IMG/VR virus record: IMGVR_UViG_3300039106_000244
Location: 32,001 to 96,000 of that record
Direction: 5' to 3' (one strand)
Source of the DNA: a virus
Length of the DNA: 64,000 nt
The position numbers and the translations under genes are program-made. The notes below the pieces were generated by a model. The model made no database searches. It saw only the letters and a list, made by a program, of their open reading frames with translations, and was not told the DNA's origin. Each line of letters opens with the position of its first letter. The first letter of the stretch is position 1. Shown piece after piece: positions 49,644 through 58,394 of the stretch.

Positions 49644-50208
49644 ATATCTCTCAGACACCAAGTCATTCTCATAGAAACAAATTCCAACTCCGTAGTAAAG
49701 TAGTAAATGTTTTAACAGCCCTATTGCAGATTAAGTTCTGTATTCAGAGGAGATCTCGGTCGCATAATGGCCCCGAGTGGAACGTGTAGACTAGACTACA
49801 CACTGAATGGCGAATTGGTATTGTGCTATAAAAAGCGAATCAACAATATAAAAATTAGGTGTAAAAACCAAATGATTTGGGCACTGTGAAAAAGATACAA
49901 CCCATATGATGACATAGTTTGGCTAACTACGGATTATGCATCAACCGTCGTAATAAAGCAAGAGTAGGGAGTACAGGGCGACCGCTTCCGTGTAAATGAA
50001 TATAATCTCTTTTAGTTAGTGTGATGAAGCACTCGGATGAAGTGATCTGTTACATTTTACCTCGGATAGGTAAAGTGTGACTATAATCTGGATGAAGCAG
50101 TTCTAAAGTCAAAAGCGAAACAGTAATATTAAAGTAATTTAAATTAATTAGATTAGAAAAAAAAGCATTGAGCGACAGCGAAATGCAGATGTCGTTAGAC
50201 ATCTTTTA
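49644..50208 (+). ncRNA. Candidate large structured non-coding RNA (~560 nt), family unassigned
   Basis: ORF-free 625-nt gap with its own promoter, many stems with G-U pairs, and a terminal hairpin followed by Ts. Confidence 0.55.
50187..50207 (+). terminator. Putative terminator hairpin
   Basis: AGATGTC-GTTA-GACATCT followed by TTT. Confidence 0.5.
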
Positions 50209-50237
50209 AGGATAAGATACAATATAGTCTTTTGCTC

Positions 50238-51038
50238 TTATAATGACTTTGATAACTTAGCTAATTTCTTACGTAATTTAGATTCTTGTATAGCTTTTAT
50301 ATGTGCTGCTGACTTTGGTTTACGCATCTTTTGTTTTGTTTCTTCTGACTTTGGTTTACGCATCTTTTGTTTTGTTTCTTCTGACATAGCACCTTTACTA
50401 ACTCCTTTATTTGCTAAACTTAATTTAGCCTTATGTTCAGTAGATTTTGCAGTTGTTCCTTTACCACTACGATTAGCTGATATTTTAGTTGCAATAACTA
50501 ATTTTTCTTCTAAAGTTTTTTCCTTCCTATTAAGTTGTGCAATACTCATACGTTCTTTCTGTTCCGCTGTTCTTTTTTTGCCTATACAAGATGTACTACG
50601 TTTATCTATAGTTTCTTGCGAATGTACTCTTCCTTTTCCTGCTGTAGATATTTTAGCTTTCTGTTCCGCTGACATAGTGCGACCTGTAAGTCTAGCAGAA
50701 TGTATTTTACTAAATTCTTCTTTAAGATTGGCAAATACACGACTGGTAATTTTAGTAATATATCGTTCTTGTTGATGAGTGCGTGATACACGTCGCATAC
50801 CATTTAATGCATATATCATTTTTTCACGATTGCTACCTGTTGTTATTTTAATCAACAACCAGTGACATATAAAATGCTCGCGCCCTGACAAATGAACAAG
50901 ATTATTCTTGCTATCTTGTCCTCCGATTGATTTTGGTATGATGTGATGTTTTTCACTGTAAGAAAGCGGGGTTGATCTCAATTGCGCATTACTGACAATT
51001 GCATCATACCACCGCTTGTATTTGTTTTCGATAAACAT
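50238..51038 (-). mobile_element. HNH homing endonuclease with NUMOD3-like repeats
   Basis: EKHHIIPKSIGG..NLVHLSGREHFICHWLL; repeated SxE.K.K.S basic motifs; TAAATA box and SD upstream. Confidence 0.85.
50309..50385. repeat. Perfect 36-bp tandem duplication encoding SEETKQKMRKPK x2
   Basis: ctgactttggtttacgcatcttttgttttgtttctt repeated twice, plus ctgac. Confidence 0.9.
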
Positions 51039-51096
51039 ATAAATCTCCTATATGTTTATTTATCTGCTTTACTTAAAAATGTGGATTACTTATGTT

Positions 51097-51327
51097 TTAG
51101 AAAAACGGGAGGCCACTTTTTTTGGTCGTTTCCATGTTCTCTTTAATTATTTTTGATACTAATTCTCGTTCTTGCTGACTTAACATCATTGCATCTTCGT
51201 AACTTATTCCTCCTCGCATATACCAGGAAATTCGCAACGCATCATCTTTATAGGCCCTTATCTCTTTTTCGTAGCCTGCTAATAGCTCTACGATTGCATC
51301 GTTATCTAGTGCTAAGAGCCTACTGCG
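51097..51327 (-). CDS. -1 frame extension of the gp26-like gene (gp51/tail chaperone T-like; RSRLLALDNDAIVELLAGYEKEIRAYKDDALRISWYMRGGISYEDAMMLSQQERELVSKIIKENMETTKKSGLPFF)
   Basis: Hand translation; 76 open codons starting at slippery T TTT TTC; no early ATG of its own. Confidence 0.7.
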   Translation of the reverse strand, partial: RSRLLALDNDAIVELLAGYEKEIRAYKDDALRISWYMRGGISYEDAMMLSQQERELVSKIIKENMETTKKSGLPFF

Positions 51328-52175
51328 AAAAAACTTGCAAAATCAAATTCAACAGCTACGCTAAATTCTGCTTCACAACTATGACAACTAACTTCGATTG
51401 GTTTAATACCGCCTTGCTTGCCTAATTCTGTTAATTTAGCTTTAACTTTTTTAATTACTTTAGAATCACAATTACTATAAAATTCATTAATAAAAGCATC
51501 ATCGGATACAATAGTACCATCGGGTAATTCTATATAATCAGTGCTACCGGTTAACAATGCTACATTTAAATCAATGATTTTAGTTAATTGTTGATCAAAT
51601 ATTTTTTTAGCTTCGTCTGGATTATCATTTAACTGACTTAATGTTTTCATTATTTGCTGTTCTTCAAAAGCAATCATATTTGATTTATTAACATTGAAAT
51701 ATGCTTGTGGTTTAAGTTTGATATTTAAATTATCAACTGAGACTTTTTGTGTATAAACAGGAGATTCGATATTGCTTAATACAACTCCTAAGTCGATTGC
51801 ATAATCACTTGTTTCACTGCACTTTGGACAAGTTGCACCAAAGTCCATTTGATTGCCATAACTTGCGATACGTATTGCAATAATTGCAGAATCAACATCA
51901 ATACTAGGCATCATCCATGCATTCTTAATACTTGGGCAACAACTTTCAATTACATTAACAACACCTTGCCCGTTGAGCAGTGCATCGGGAGTTTTAAGAG
52001 TAATTTCATCTTTAGTACTCATTGGCAACACAGCAATTTCATTGTTTAACGGTAAGTCAATTGAACCTTCAGGCCAATGCGTACCACCACTTGGCAGTTT
52101 TAAATATAACGCTGGTTGACGAAAGTGCTTTGCTAACGGATTGTGCGGTGTAATTGGTTGAGTTTGATTCACCAT
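51312..52175 (-). CDS. Baseplate hub assembly protein/tail chaperone (T4 gp26-like)
   Basis: NPL..FRQP..LKLPSGG, MSTKDEI..LLNG, IRIASYG, CPKC and CHSC. Confidence 0.7.
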   Translation of the reverse strand: MVNQTQPITPHNPLAKHFRQPALYLKLPSGGTHWPEGSIDLPLNNEIAVLPMSTKDEITLKTPDALLNGQGVVNVIESCCPSIKNAWMMPSIDVDSAIIAIRIASYGNQMDFGATCPKCSETSDYAIDLGVVLSNIESPVYTQKVSVDNLNIKLKPQAYFNVNKSNMIAFEEQQIMKTLSQLNDNPDEAKKIFDQQLTKIIDLNVALLTGSTDYIELPDGTIVSDDAFINEFYSNCDSKVIKKVKAKLTELGKQGGIKPIEVSCHSCEAEFSVAVEFDFASFFAVGS

Positions 52176-52186
52176 GATTTATTTCC

Positions 52187-52221
52187 TATAAATAATTGAT
52201 ATACTATATTGTATATTTATA
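52187..52221. promoter_or_regulatory. Pair of oppositely oriented T4-type late promoters (TATAAATA)
   Basis: TATAAATA on + at 52187-52194 and on - at 52214-52221, between divergent genes. Confidence 0.7.
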
Positions 52222-52248
52222 GCGTTAAAAGTGGGAGTAAAAAAAGTT

Positions 52249-54768
52249 ATGGCTGATGTTGATGCAGATAAGTTAAACGAAGCATATGAACATATGAGAA
52301 AATTCGCCGATATGTTTGGTGCGACTACCCCTGAGCTAGATAAATTTATTAAAGTTACAAGTAAAGGGCATAAAGAATTTAAAAAGGAAATTGATGCTCT
52401 TAATAAAGAAATTAAGAAAGGCAAAGCTGGCTACGAACAGCAGAAACAAAAATTAGATGAATTAAACGATGCTCTCGAAGAGTTAGGTGATACTACCAAT
52501 AACGCTGCAAAAACAACTGAAAAACACCGATTATTAGCTGAACGTGATGCACTTGCACATTCTGCATTAATGCGTGGTGTAATGGAAGATACAGCCGAAG
52601 GAGTGAGCAACTCAGCAGTATCGATGACACAAGGTGCCGGTGCATTTGTTAAAGGTCTGCAGGCAAATCAATCAGCGGCACAATTGTCTGGCGATTTATT
52701 TAAAGTAGGTATCGACGTTGCGGCTGCAGGTATGAAAACTGCTGGCGGTATGGCTGAAAAATTCGGCGACAAAATGATGAATTCTGCTAACCCGTTTGTT
52801 GCTGCTATAGGTATGGTTACAAGTGGTGTAGGCATGCTTGCTCAAGCATCTGCAGAAACTGCCGCCAAGATAGCTAAATTTGGGGTTGATGTACTACAAG
52901 CAGAAGTAGAAAAAACATACAAAGCATTTAATTCAATGAGTGCTAGTGGTGCTATGTTTGCAGATGGCATGACTGGCATGCGTAATGCCGCAGGCAAAGC
53001 AGGGCTAACAGTTGATTTATTTGCTGGTGTATTAAAAAATCAAAGTGCAAACATAGCTGCAAGTGGTTTAGGCATGAATGAAGGTGCTAAACGTATCGGC
53101 GGAGCATTAACAGCTGGTGGCGACAAAATGAAAAAGAGTTTGTTGTCACTTGGATTTAGTTTTGAGGAACAGGCAGAATTAGTAGCCGAAACAATGAAAG
53201 ACATGCGTGGGGTTTCAACTGGCCCGCTAAAAGCAAGTAATCAACAAGTAGCAGAACAAACTCAAAAATATGCAGAAAATCTTCGTGTTATTACCGCTAT
53301 AACCGGTGAAGATGCTAAGAAGAAAATGGAAGAAACCCGTAATCAAGCTAATCAGTTAATGTTCCAGCAAAAATTAGCAGGCATGGATGAAACTCAACGT
53401 AAAAATATTATCAATGCTATGGGTAATATGAGTAAACAACAGCAGACAGATTACATGGATATGATAAATTTTGGTTCGATTATCAATACCACTGGTGCTG
53501 TATTATCATCAACTATACCCGAGTATGGAAAATCTATTAGAGATTCGGTTGAGGCCACTAAAAATAATACACTCGATGATGTAAAACAACGCCAAATAAA
53601 TGCAGCACATCATGATGCAATGAATAGACAATTAATTGCAAATACAGGCACCGCTGCTGCAGGTGCTGCAGGGTTAAGCGGTGTAGCCAGTGAAAACGCA
53701 ACTGCAAGCATGGATCTTTTAAATTTTAATAAAACCCAAACTGCCGAAGCTATAAAACAAGCCGAAGCCGATAGAGCAGCACAAGAAAAAACAGCAGATG
53801 GATTAACTCAAGGTGTAGTAGATGCAGAAACTGCAGCTATGGAATTAAAAAAATCTCTTCAGACAATATTAACTCCGGCAATTATGGATTTTGCTAATGT
53901 TTCTAAAAAAATGTTACAAACTGTTAAGGATACCTTGCACGAACTAGGGTATGATAAAACTAAAGAGCAAAAAGCTAAAGATGCCGACAATACCAAAGCA
54001 ATGAAAGCGCAATACGATAAAACTAATCCGTTAAATTCTAGTGCTCAATATGATGCTGACGTAAAAGCCTGGAATGACAAACAAAAAGATATTAACAATC
54101 TAAATGAGTTACGAAAGACTGGGACTAAAGAAGAAGTAGATGCAGAAATAAAACGCCAAGCAGATGCGAAAAAAGGCCAACAAATGTTATACGATGCCGG
54201 CCTGAGTCAAATTGACCCAAGCAAACCAAGTATAGTAGAAAACTATATGAACGGTATAACTGCCCACGATAAGGGTGGTTCTATCGATTCTGGTAAATTA
54301 GGGTTAGTAGGCGAAAAAGGTCCAGAACTTATCAGTGGGCCTGCAAATGTATTAAGTACAACATCATCTGAAAAACTACTTAATGTACTTAATGCTATGA
54401 AACTGCAATCTGGTACGTTAACCGGTGATGATGGCATGGACAAATCTGTTACATCATCAGAAGCCCTGCGTGGAATAATAGCAAATGAATTAAAAGGATT
54501 TGAATCATTCTCACAAAAACAAATACAAGATGCAATAGGTATTACTAAAGTAGGTAATATGTCAAGTTCATTAGGCGGTTACCAATCAGATTTACATAAT
54601 ACTCCAGCAACTGAACAGTCACGTGATACTACAGCACTTCCTAGTAAATCAGATAATAGTGCAATAGCTGCTACGTTACATGAGCAAAATGGATTATTGT
54701 CGAGCATACTTGCATCACTGAATAAAGGCAATAGTTTGTCGTCAGGAATTTTGCAGAACAGCTACTAA
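52249..54768 (+). CDS. Tape measure protein-like
   Basis: Long helical A/G/M/Q-rich protein with C-terminal GG..GLVGEKGPEL motif; adjacent to the frameshifting chaperone; SD GGGAG favours ATG 52249. Confidence 0.7.
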   Translation: MADVDADKLNEAYEHMRKFADMFGATTPELDKFIKVTSKGHKEFKKEIDALNKEIKKGKAGYEQQKQKLDELNDALEELGDTTNNAAKTTEKHRLLAERDALAHSALMRGVMEDTAEGVSNSAVSMTQGAGAFVKGLQANQSAAQLSGDLFKVGIDVAAAGMKTAGGMAEKFGDKMMNSANPFVAAIGMVTSGVGMLAQASAETAAKIAKFGVDVLQAEVEKTYKAFNSMSASGAMFADGMTGMRNAAGKAGLTVDLFAGVLKNQSANIAASGLGMNEGAKRIGGALTAGGDKMKKSLLSLGFSFEEQAELVAETMKDMRGVSTGPLKASNQQVAEQTQKYAENLRVITAITGEDAKKKMEETRNQANQLMFQQKLAGMDETQRKNIINAMGNMSKQQQTDYMDMINFGSIINTTGAVLSSTIPEYGKSIRDSVEATKNNTLDDVKQRQINAAHHDAMNRQLIANTGTAAAGAAGLSGVASENATASMDLLNFNKTQTAEAIKQAEADRAAQEKTADGLTQGVVDAETAAMELKKSLQTILTPAIMDFANVSKKMLQTVKDTLHELGYDKTKEQKAKDADNTKAMKAQYDKTNPLNSSAQYDADVKAWNDKQKDINNLNELRKTGTKEEVDAEIKRQADAKKGQQMLYDAGLSQIDPSKPSIVENYMNGITAHDKGGSIDSGKLGLVGEKGPELISGPANVLSTTSSEKLLNVLNAMKLQSGTLTGDDGMDKSVTSSEALRGIIANELKGFESFSQKQIQDAIGITKVGNMSSSLGGYQSDLHNTPATEQSRDTTALPSKSDNSAIAATLHEQNGLLSSILASLNKGNSLSSGILQNSY

Positions 54769-54770
54769 GC

Positions 54771-54778
54771 TATAAATA
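54771..54778 (+). promoter_or_regulatory. T4-type late promoter upstream of portal
   Basis: TATAAATA. Confidence 0.7.
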
Positions 54779-54802
54779 CACTATCGTAAAGAGAATATAA
54801 AC

Positions 54803-56512
54803 ATGGCATGGAAAAAATACTTCAGAACCGCAAATACTGGTGGACAACTAAGTCCAATTAGTGGAATTAACAATGCATCTGACCCGAGTTATCGTAACTA
54901 TCAAAGCCAATTACCTGAGGTATACATCGGCCATCCAAATCGCACAGAACGTTATAATCAATATGAATCCATGGATATGGACAGTGAAGTTAATGCCGCC
55001 CTTGATATTATTGCAGAATTTTGCACACAACCAAACACAGAAAATGGTACAGGCTTTGACTTATATTTTAAAGAAGACCCAACAGATAACGAAATTAAAC
55101 TACTTAAAGATCAATTGCTACAATGGGTTAATTTAAATCAATTAAACAAACGTCTATTCAAACTTGTTCGTAATACATTAAAGTATGGCGACCAAGTATT
55201 TCTACGTGACCCGGAAACATTTAAATTATACTGGACAGAAATGGGCAGTGTAATCAAAGTTATTGTTAATGAAGCAGAAGGCAAAGAGCCAGAACAATAT
55301 GTAATTAAAAATCTTAATCTTAACTTTCAAAACTTAACTGCAACAGCATTAAGCTCAAGCGACACTTATACAAACCATCCACAACAAGGTGGGTCAGGCG
55401 GGTCGGGTTCGTATGTACAACCTAATGTACCATACAGTGGTGGTTCACGTTTTAGCCATGCACAAAACGAAGCAGTACTTGATGCAGAACATGTAGTGCA
55501 TATTAGTTTAACTGAAGGCTTAGATGTTAACTGGCCATTTGGTACAAGTATCCTTGAAAGTATCTTTAAGATCTTTAAACAAAAAGAATTATTAGAAGAT
55601 GCTATTATTATCTATCGTGTACAACGTGCTCCTGAACGTCGTATATTTAAAATCGATGTAGGTAATATGCCAACACATATGGCAATGGCCTTTGTGGATA
55701 GAATTAAAAATGAAGTACATCAACGTCGCATACCAACACAAACTGGTGGTGGACAAAATATGATGGATGCAACGTATAATCCACTATCAACAAACGAAGA
55801 CTTTTTCTTCCCAGTGGGTGCCGAAGGGCGTGGCTCAACAGTTGAAGCATTACCAGGCGGCAGCAACTTAGGTGAGATTACCGACTTACGTTTCTTTACT
55901 AACAAAATGTTTAGAGGTTTGCGTATTCCTAGTAGTTATTTGCCAACAGGCGCAGATGATAGCTCATCTACATTCAATGATGGACGTAGTACAACTGCGT
56001 TAATTCAAGAATGGCGCTTTAATCAATATTGTATGCGTTTACAAACTATGATAGTTGAAAAACTAGATACAGAGTTTAAAATGTTTATGCGATGGAGAGG
56101 CATTAACATCGATGGACAGTTATTTGAATTAAGACTAAACGAACCGCAAAACTTTGCAAAATATCGTCAAGCAGAAGTTGATGCGCAACGTATACAAGCA
56201 TTTACTCAACTTGAGCAAATTCCATATTTAAGTAAACGTTTCTTACTCACTCGTTACTTAGATTTAAGTGAAGAAGAAATGCAAGAAAATGATCAATTGT
56301 GGGCAGAAGAGCACAACGACACACCAGATACTACAGATACAGATGCAAGTCTACGTGCAGTTGGTGTAACGCCAGCTGGTATTGAAACAGACATAGGTAA
56401 TTTAGAAATGCCCGAATTAGGTGCAGAAACAGCCCCGGGCGTAGAACCAGGCGGATTACCTGCAACAGGAGCCGCACCAGCAGCACCAGCTGGCGCACCT
56501 CCAGGTTTATAA
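54803..56512 (+). CDS. gp20: Portal protein (T4 gp20)
   Basis: YESMDMDSEVNAALDII, LLEDAIIIYRVQRAPERRIFKIDVGNMP, EDFFFP..GRGS.VE.LPGG. Confidence 0.95.
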   Translation: MAWKKYFRTANTGGQLSPISGINNASDPSYRNYQSQLPEVYIGHPNRTERYNQYESMDMDSEVNAALDIIAEFCTQPNTENGTGFDLYFKEDPTDNEIKLLKDQLLQWVNLNQLNKRLFKLVRNTLKYGDQVFLRDPETFKLYWTEMGSVIKVIVNEAEGKEPEQYVIKNLNLNFQNLTATALSSSDTYTNHPQQGGSGGSGSYVQPNVPYSGGSRFSHAQNEAVLDAEHVVHISLTEGLDVNWPFGTSILESIFKIFKQKELLEDAIIIYRVQRAPERRIFKIDVGNMPTHMAMAFVDRIKNEVHQRRIPTQTGGGQNMMDATYNPLSTNEDFFFPVGAEGRGSTVEALPGGSNLGEITDLRFFTNKMFRGLRIPSSYLPTGADDSSSTFNDGRSTTALIQEWRFNQYCMRLQTMIVEKLDTEFKMFMRWRGINIDGQLFELRLNEPQNFAKYRQAEVDAQRIQAFTQLEQIPYLSKRFLLTRYLDLSEEEMQENDQLWAEEHNDTPDTTDTDASLRAVGVTPAGIETDIGNLEMPELGAETAPGVEPGGLPATGAAPAAPAGAPPGL

Positions 56513-56532
56513 CATAGTAGATAAATAATATT

Positions 56533-56757
56533 ATGTATATAACCGAAATATTTAATGCCGAATTAGTGCAACAGCACCAAACTGAAGAGGAAGATAATAC
56601 TCCTCTAAAGTTGTCTGACCTGCGCAAAACTAAATTAACATTAACACAATTACATCGTTTACGTATTATGAATGATGTGCGTAGATTAGAGAAAGAGCAA
56701 GACTTAGAAAAAGTAAGATCGCAATACAAACCGGCAGAAGTTGCGCCACCAATGTAA
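56533..56757 (+). CDS. Small head-module protein
   Basis: 74-aa ORF after portal with TAAATA box; RKTKLTL.QL..LR motif. Confidence 0.65.
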   Translation: MYITEIFNAELVQQHQTEEEDNTPLKLSDLRKTKLTLTQLHRLRIMNDVRRLEKEQDLEKVRSQYKPAEVAPPM

Positions 56758-56883
56758 TTATCAATCAAATTCAATCAAAAAACACGCATTTAACTTCAAT
56801 TTTTCAATAAAACAGTAAATAATATTACAGAGATATTACGAATTGTTATATCTCACCTAGACATACCATTTAAGGAGTTCTTT

Positions 56884-57729
56884 ATGAACAAGTATGAACA
56901 ATTAATTGAACACATCATTAATGATGATACAGCTAAGGCTCGCGCATTATTCCACAACATTGTTGTTGAAAAATCACGTGACATCTACGAAAGCCTAATC
57001 GACGAATCGGACTTTGAAGAAGAAGTTGGCGGAAATAAAGTTAAAGGTTTTATGGACGAAGTACAAGTTGATGAGCAAGGTATTAGCGAAGAAGACGAAG
57101 AAGCTGGCGAATTTGAAATTGGCGATGACGATGAAGAAGGCGATAGCGACTTTGACGGCGGCGAAGAATTTGGCGGTGAAGAAGAATTTGGCGGCGAAGA
57201 ACAAGGCGAAGCAGAAATTGAAGATCGCGTAGTTGATCTTGAAACTGCACTTGATGAATTAAAAGCAGAATTCGATGCATTAATGGCAGGCGAAGAAGGC
57301 GAAGAAGAACATGCAGATATGTTCGGTGGCGATGATGATTTTGGTGGCGAAGAAGAAACTAGTGAATTCAGTGATGATGGCGCTAGCGAATTTGACGAAA
57401 CTATTGTACGTGAATACGTAGAAAAAGTTGCAGCACCAAGCAAAACTGAAGGCGGCGAAGTTGCTCGTGGCGGTTCTGTTAGTGTAAACAAACAATCTAT
57501 CGTTGCTAAGAAAAATGATATGGGCGGTTCATCAGCTAATATCGTACGTGGCGGAACAGAAAACGGTGGCAATGTTAAAAAACCAACAGTAAATAACTTA
57601 GGTAACATTAATGTTCCAGGCGGTAAAGCAGGTTCAGCATTTAAAGGTAAAGCATCACCAAAAGCTGGCGAAGGCCAAACAACTGATGGTAAAGTACCAA
57701 CAAATACTAAAAGCCCGTTAGCAAAATAA
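56884..57729 (+). CDS. Highly acidic prohead core-like protein
   Basis: E/D-rich centre with GGEEF repeats and a basic C-terminus; between portal and protease; SD AAGGAG. Confidence 0.65.
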   Translation: MNKYEQLIEHIINDDTAKARALFHNIVVEKSRDIYESLIDESDFEEEVGGNKVKGFMDEVQVDEQGISEEDEEAGEFEIGDDDEEGDSDFDGGEEFGGEEEFGGEEQGEAEIEDRVVDLETALDELKAEFDALMAGEEGEEEHADMFGGDDDFGGEEETSEFSDDGASEFDETIVREYVEKVAAPSKTEGGEVARGGSVSVNKQSIVAKKNDMGGSSANIVRGGTENGGNVKKPTVNNLGNINVPGGKAGSAFKGKASPKAGEGQTTDGKVPTNTKSPLAK

Positions 57730-57743
57730 TTTAGGATAAGAAA

Positions 57744-58385
57744 ATGGCTTCATACTTAAAAGAAAACTTAACCTTTGACAATGCTAGAATGGAAATTCTA
57801 ACAGAAGAAAGTCATGACGGTAAAGGTAAGAATCTTTATATGAAAGGCATATTCATTCAAGGTGGCGTTAAAAACCACAACGAACGAGTGTATCCAGTAA
57901 ATGAAATTGAAAAAGCTGTATCAAATGTTAATGAACAAATCAAGGGTGGCTATAGCGTCTTAGGCGAAGTAGATCACCCAGATGATTTGAAAATTAACTT
58001 AGACCGTGTAAGTCATATGATTACAGATATGTGGATGGACGGTCCAAACGGCTTCGGTAAATTAAAGGTTCTCCCAACTCCAATGGGTAAGTTAGTAGAA
58101 ACAATGTTGGAAAGTGGAGTTAAACTTGGTGTTAGTTCTAGAGGTAGCGGCAACGTTAGCGAAAGTAACGGTCAAGTAAGTGACTTTGAAATAGTCACAG
58201 TAGATGTAGTTGCGCAACCTAGTGCTCCTAATGCATACCCAACAGCGATTTACGAAGGACTGATGAATATGCGTGGTGGTGCTAAGGCATTCGAAATTGC
58301 TCGTGAAGCAAGCGCAGATCAAAAGGTACAAAAGTATTTAAAAGAGCAAGTCACTCGCTTAATTAAAGATTTAAAATTAAAATAG
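57744..58385 (+). CDS. gp21: Prohead protease (T4 gp21)
   Basis: GIFIQG..KNHNERVYP, GEVDHP, GVSSRGSG, DVVAQPSAP.AY. Confidence 0.93.
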   Translation: MASYLKENLTFDNARMEILTEESHDGKGKNLYMKGIFIQGGVKNHNERVYPVNEIEKAVSNVNEQIKGGYSVLGEVDHPDDLKINLDRVSHMITDMWMDGPNGFGKLKVLPTPMGKLVETMLESGVKLGVSSRGSGNVSESNGQVSDFEIVTVDVVAQPSAPNAYPTAIYEGLMNMRGGAKAFEIAREASADQKVQKYLKEQVTRLIKDLKLK

Positions 58386-58394
58386 GAGATCAGT

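Noticed and set aside
49644-50208. tmRNA, RNase P RNA, group I intron or hammerhead
   Set aside because: No tRNA-like ends, no GAGGAAAGUCC, no interrupted host gene and no CUGAUGA core were seen. A covariance search is still needed.
51260-51314. Amber readthrough as the route to extend the gp26-like protein
   Set aside because: The zero frame meets three more TAGs and then TAA within about 18 codons; the protein-like extension is in the -1 frame.
57150-57360. GGCGGCGAAGAA repeats as a CRISPR or DNA repeat element
   Set aside because: They are coding low-complexity GGEEF repeats with no repeat-spacer periodicity. No CRISPR array was seen in the window.
56985-57608. 207-aa Ser/Pro-rich antisense ORF and similar shadow ORFs (e.g. 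26905-27507, 39180-39653, 59099-59500, 63772-63996)
   Set aside because: They are reverse-complement by-products of codon bias in well-supported genes and show no motifs or translation signals.
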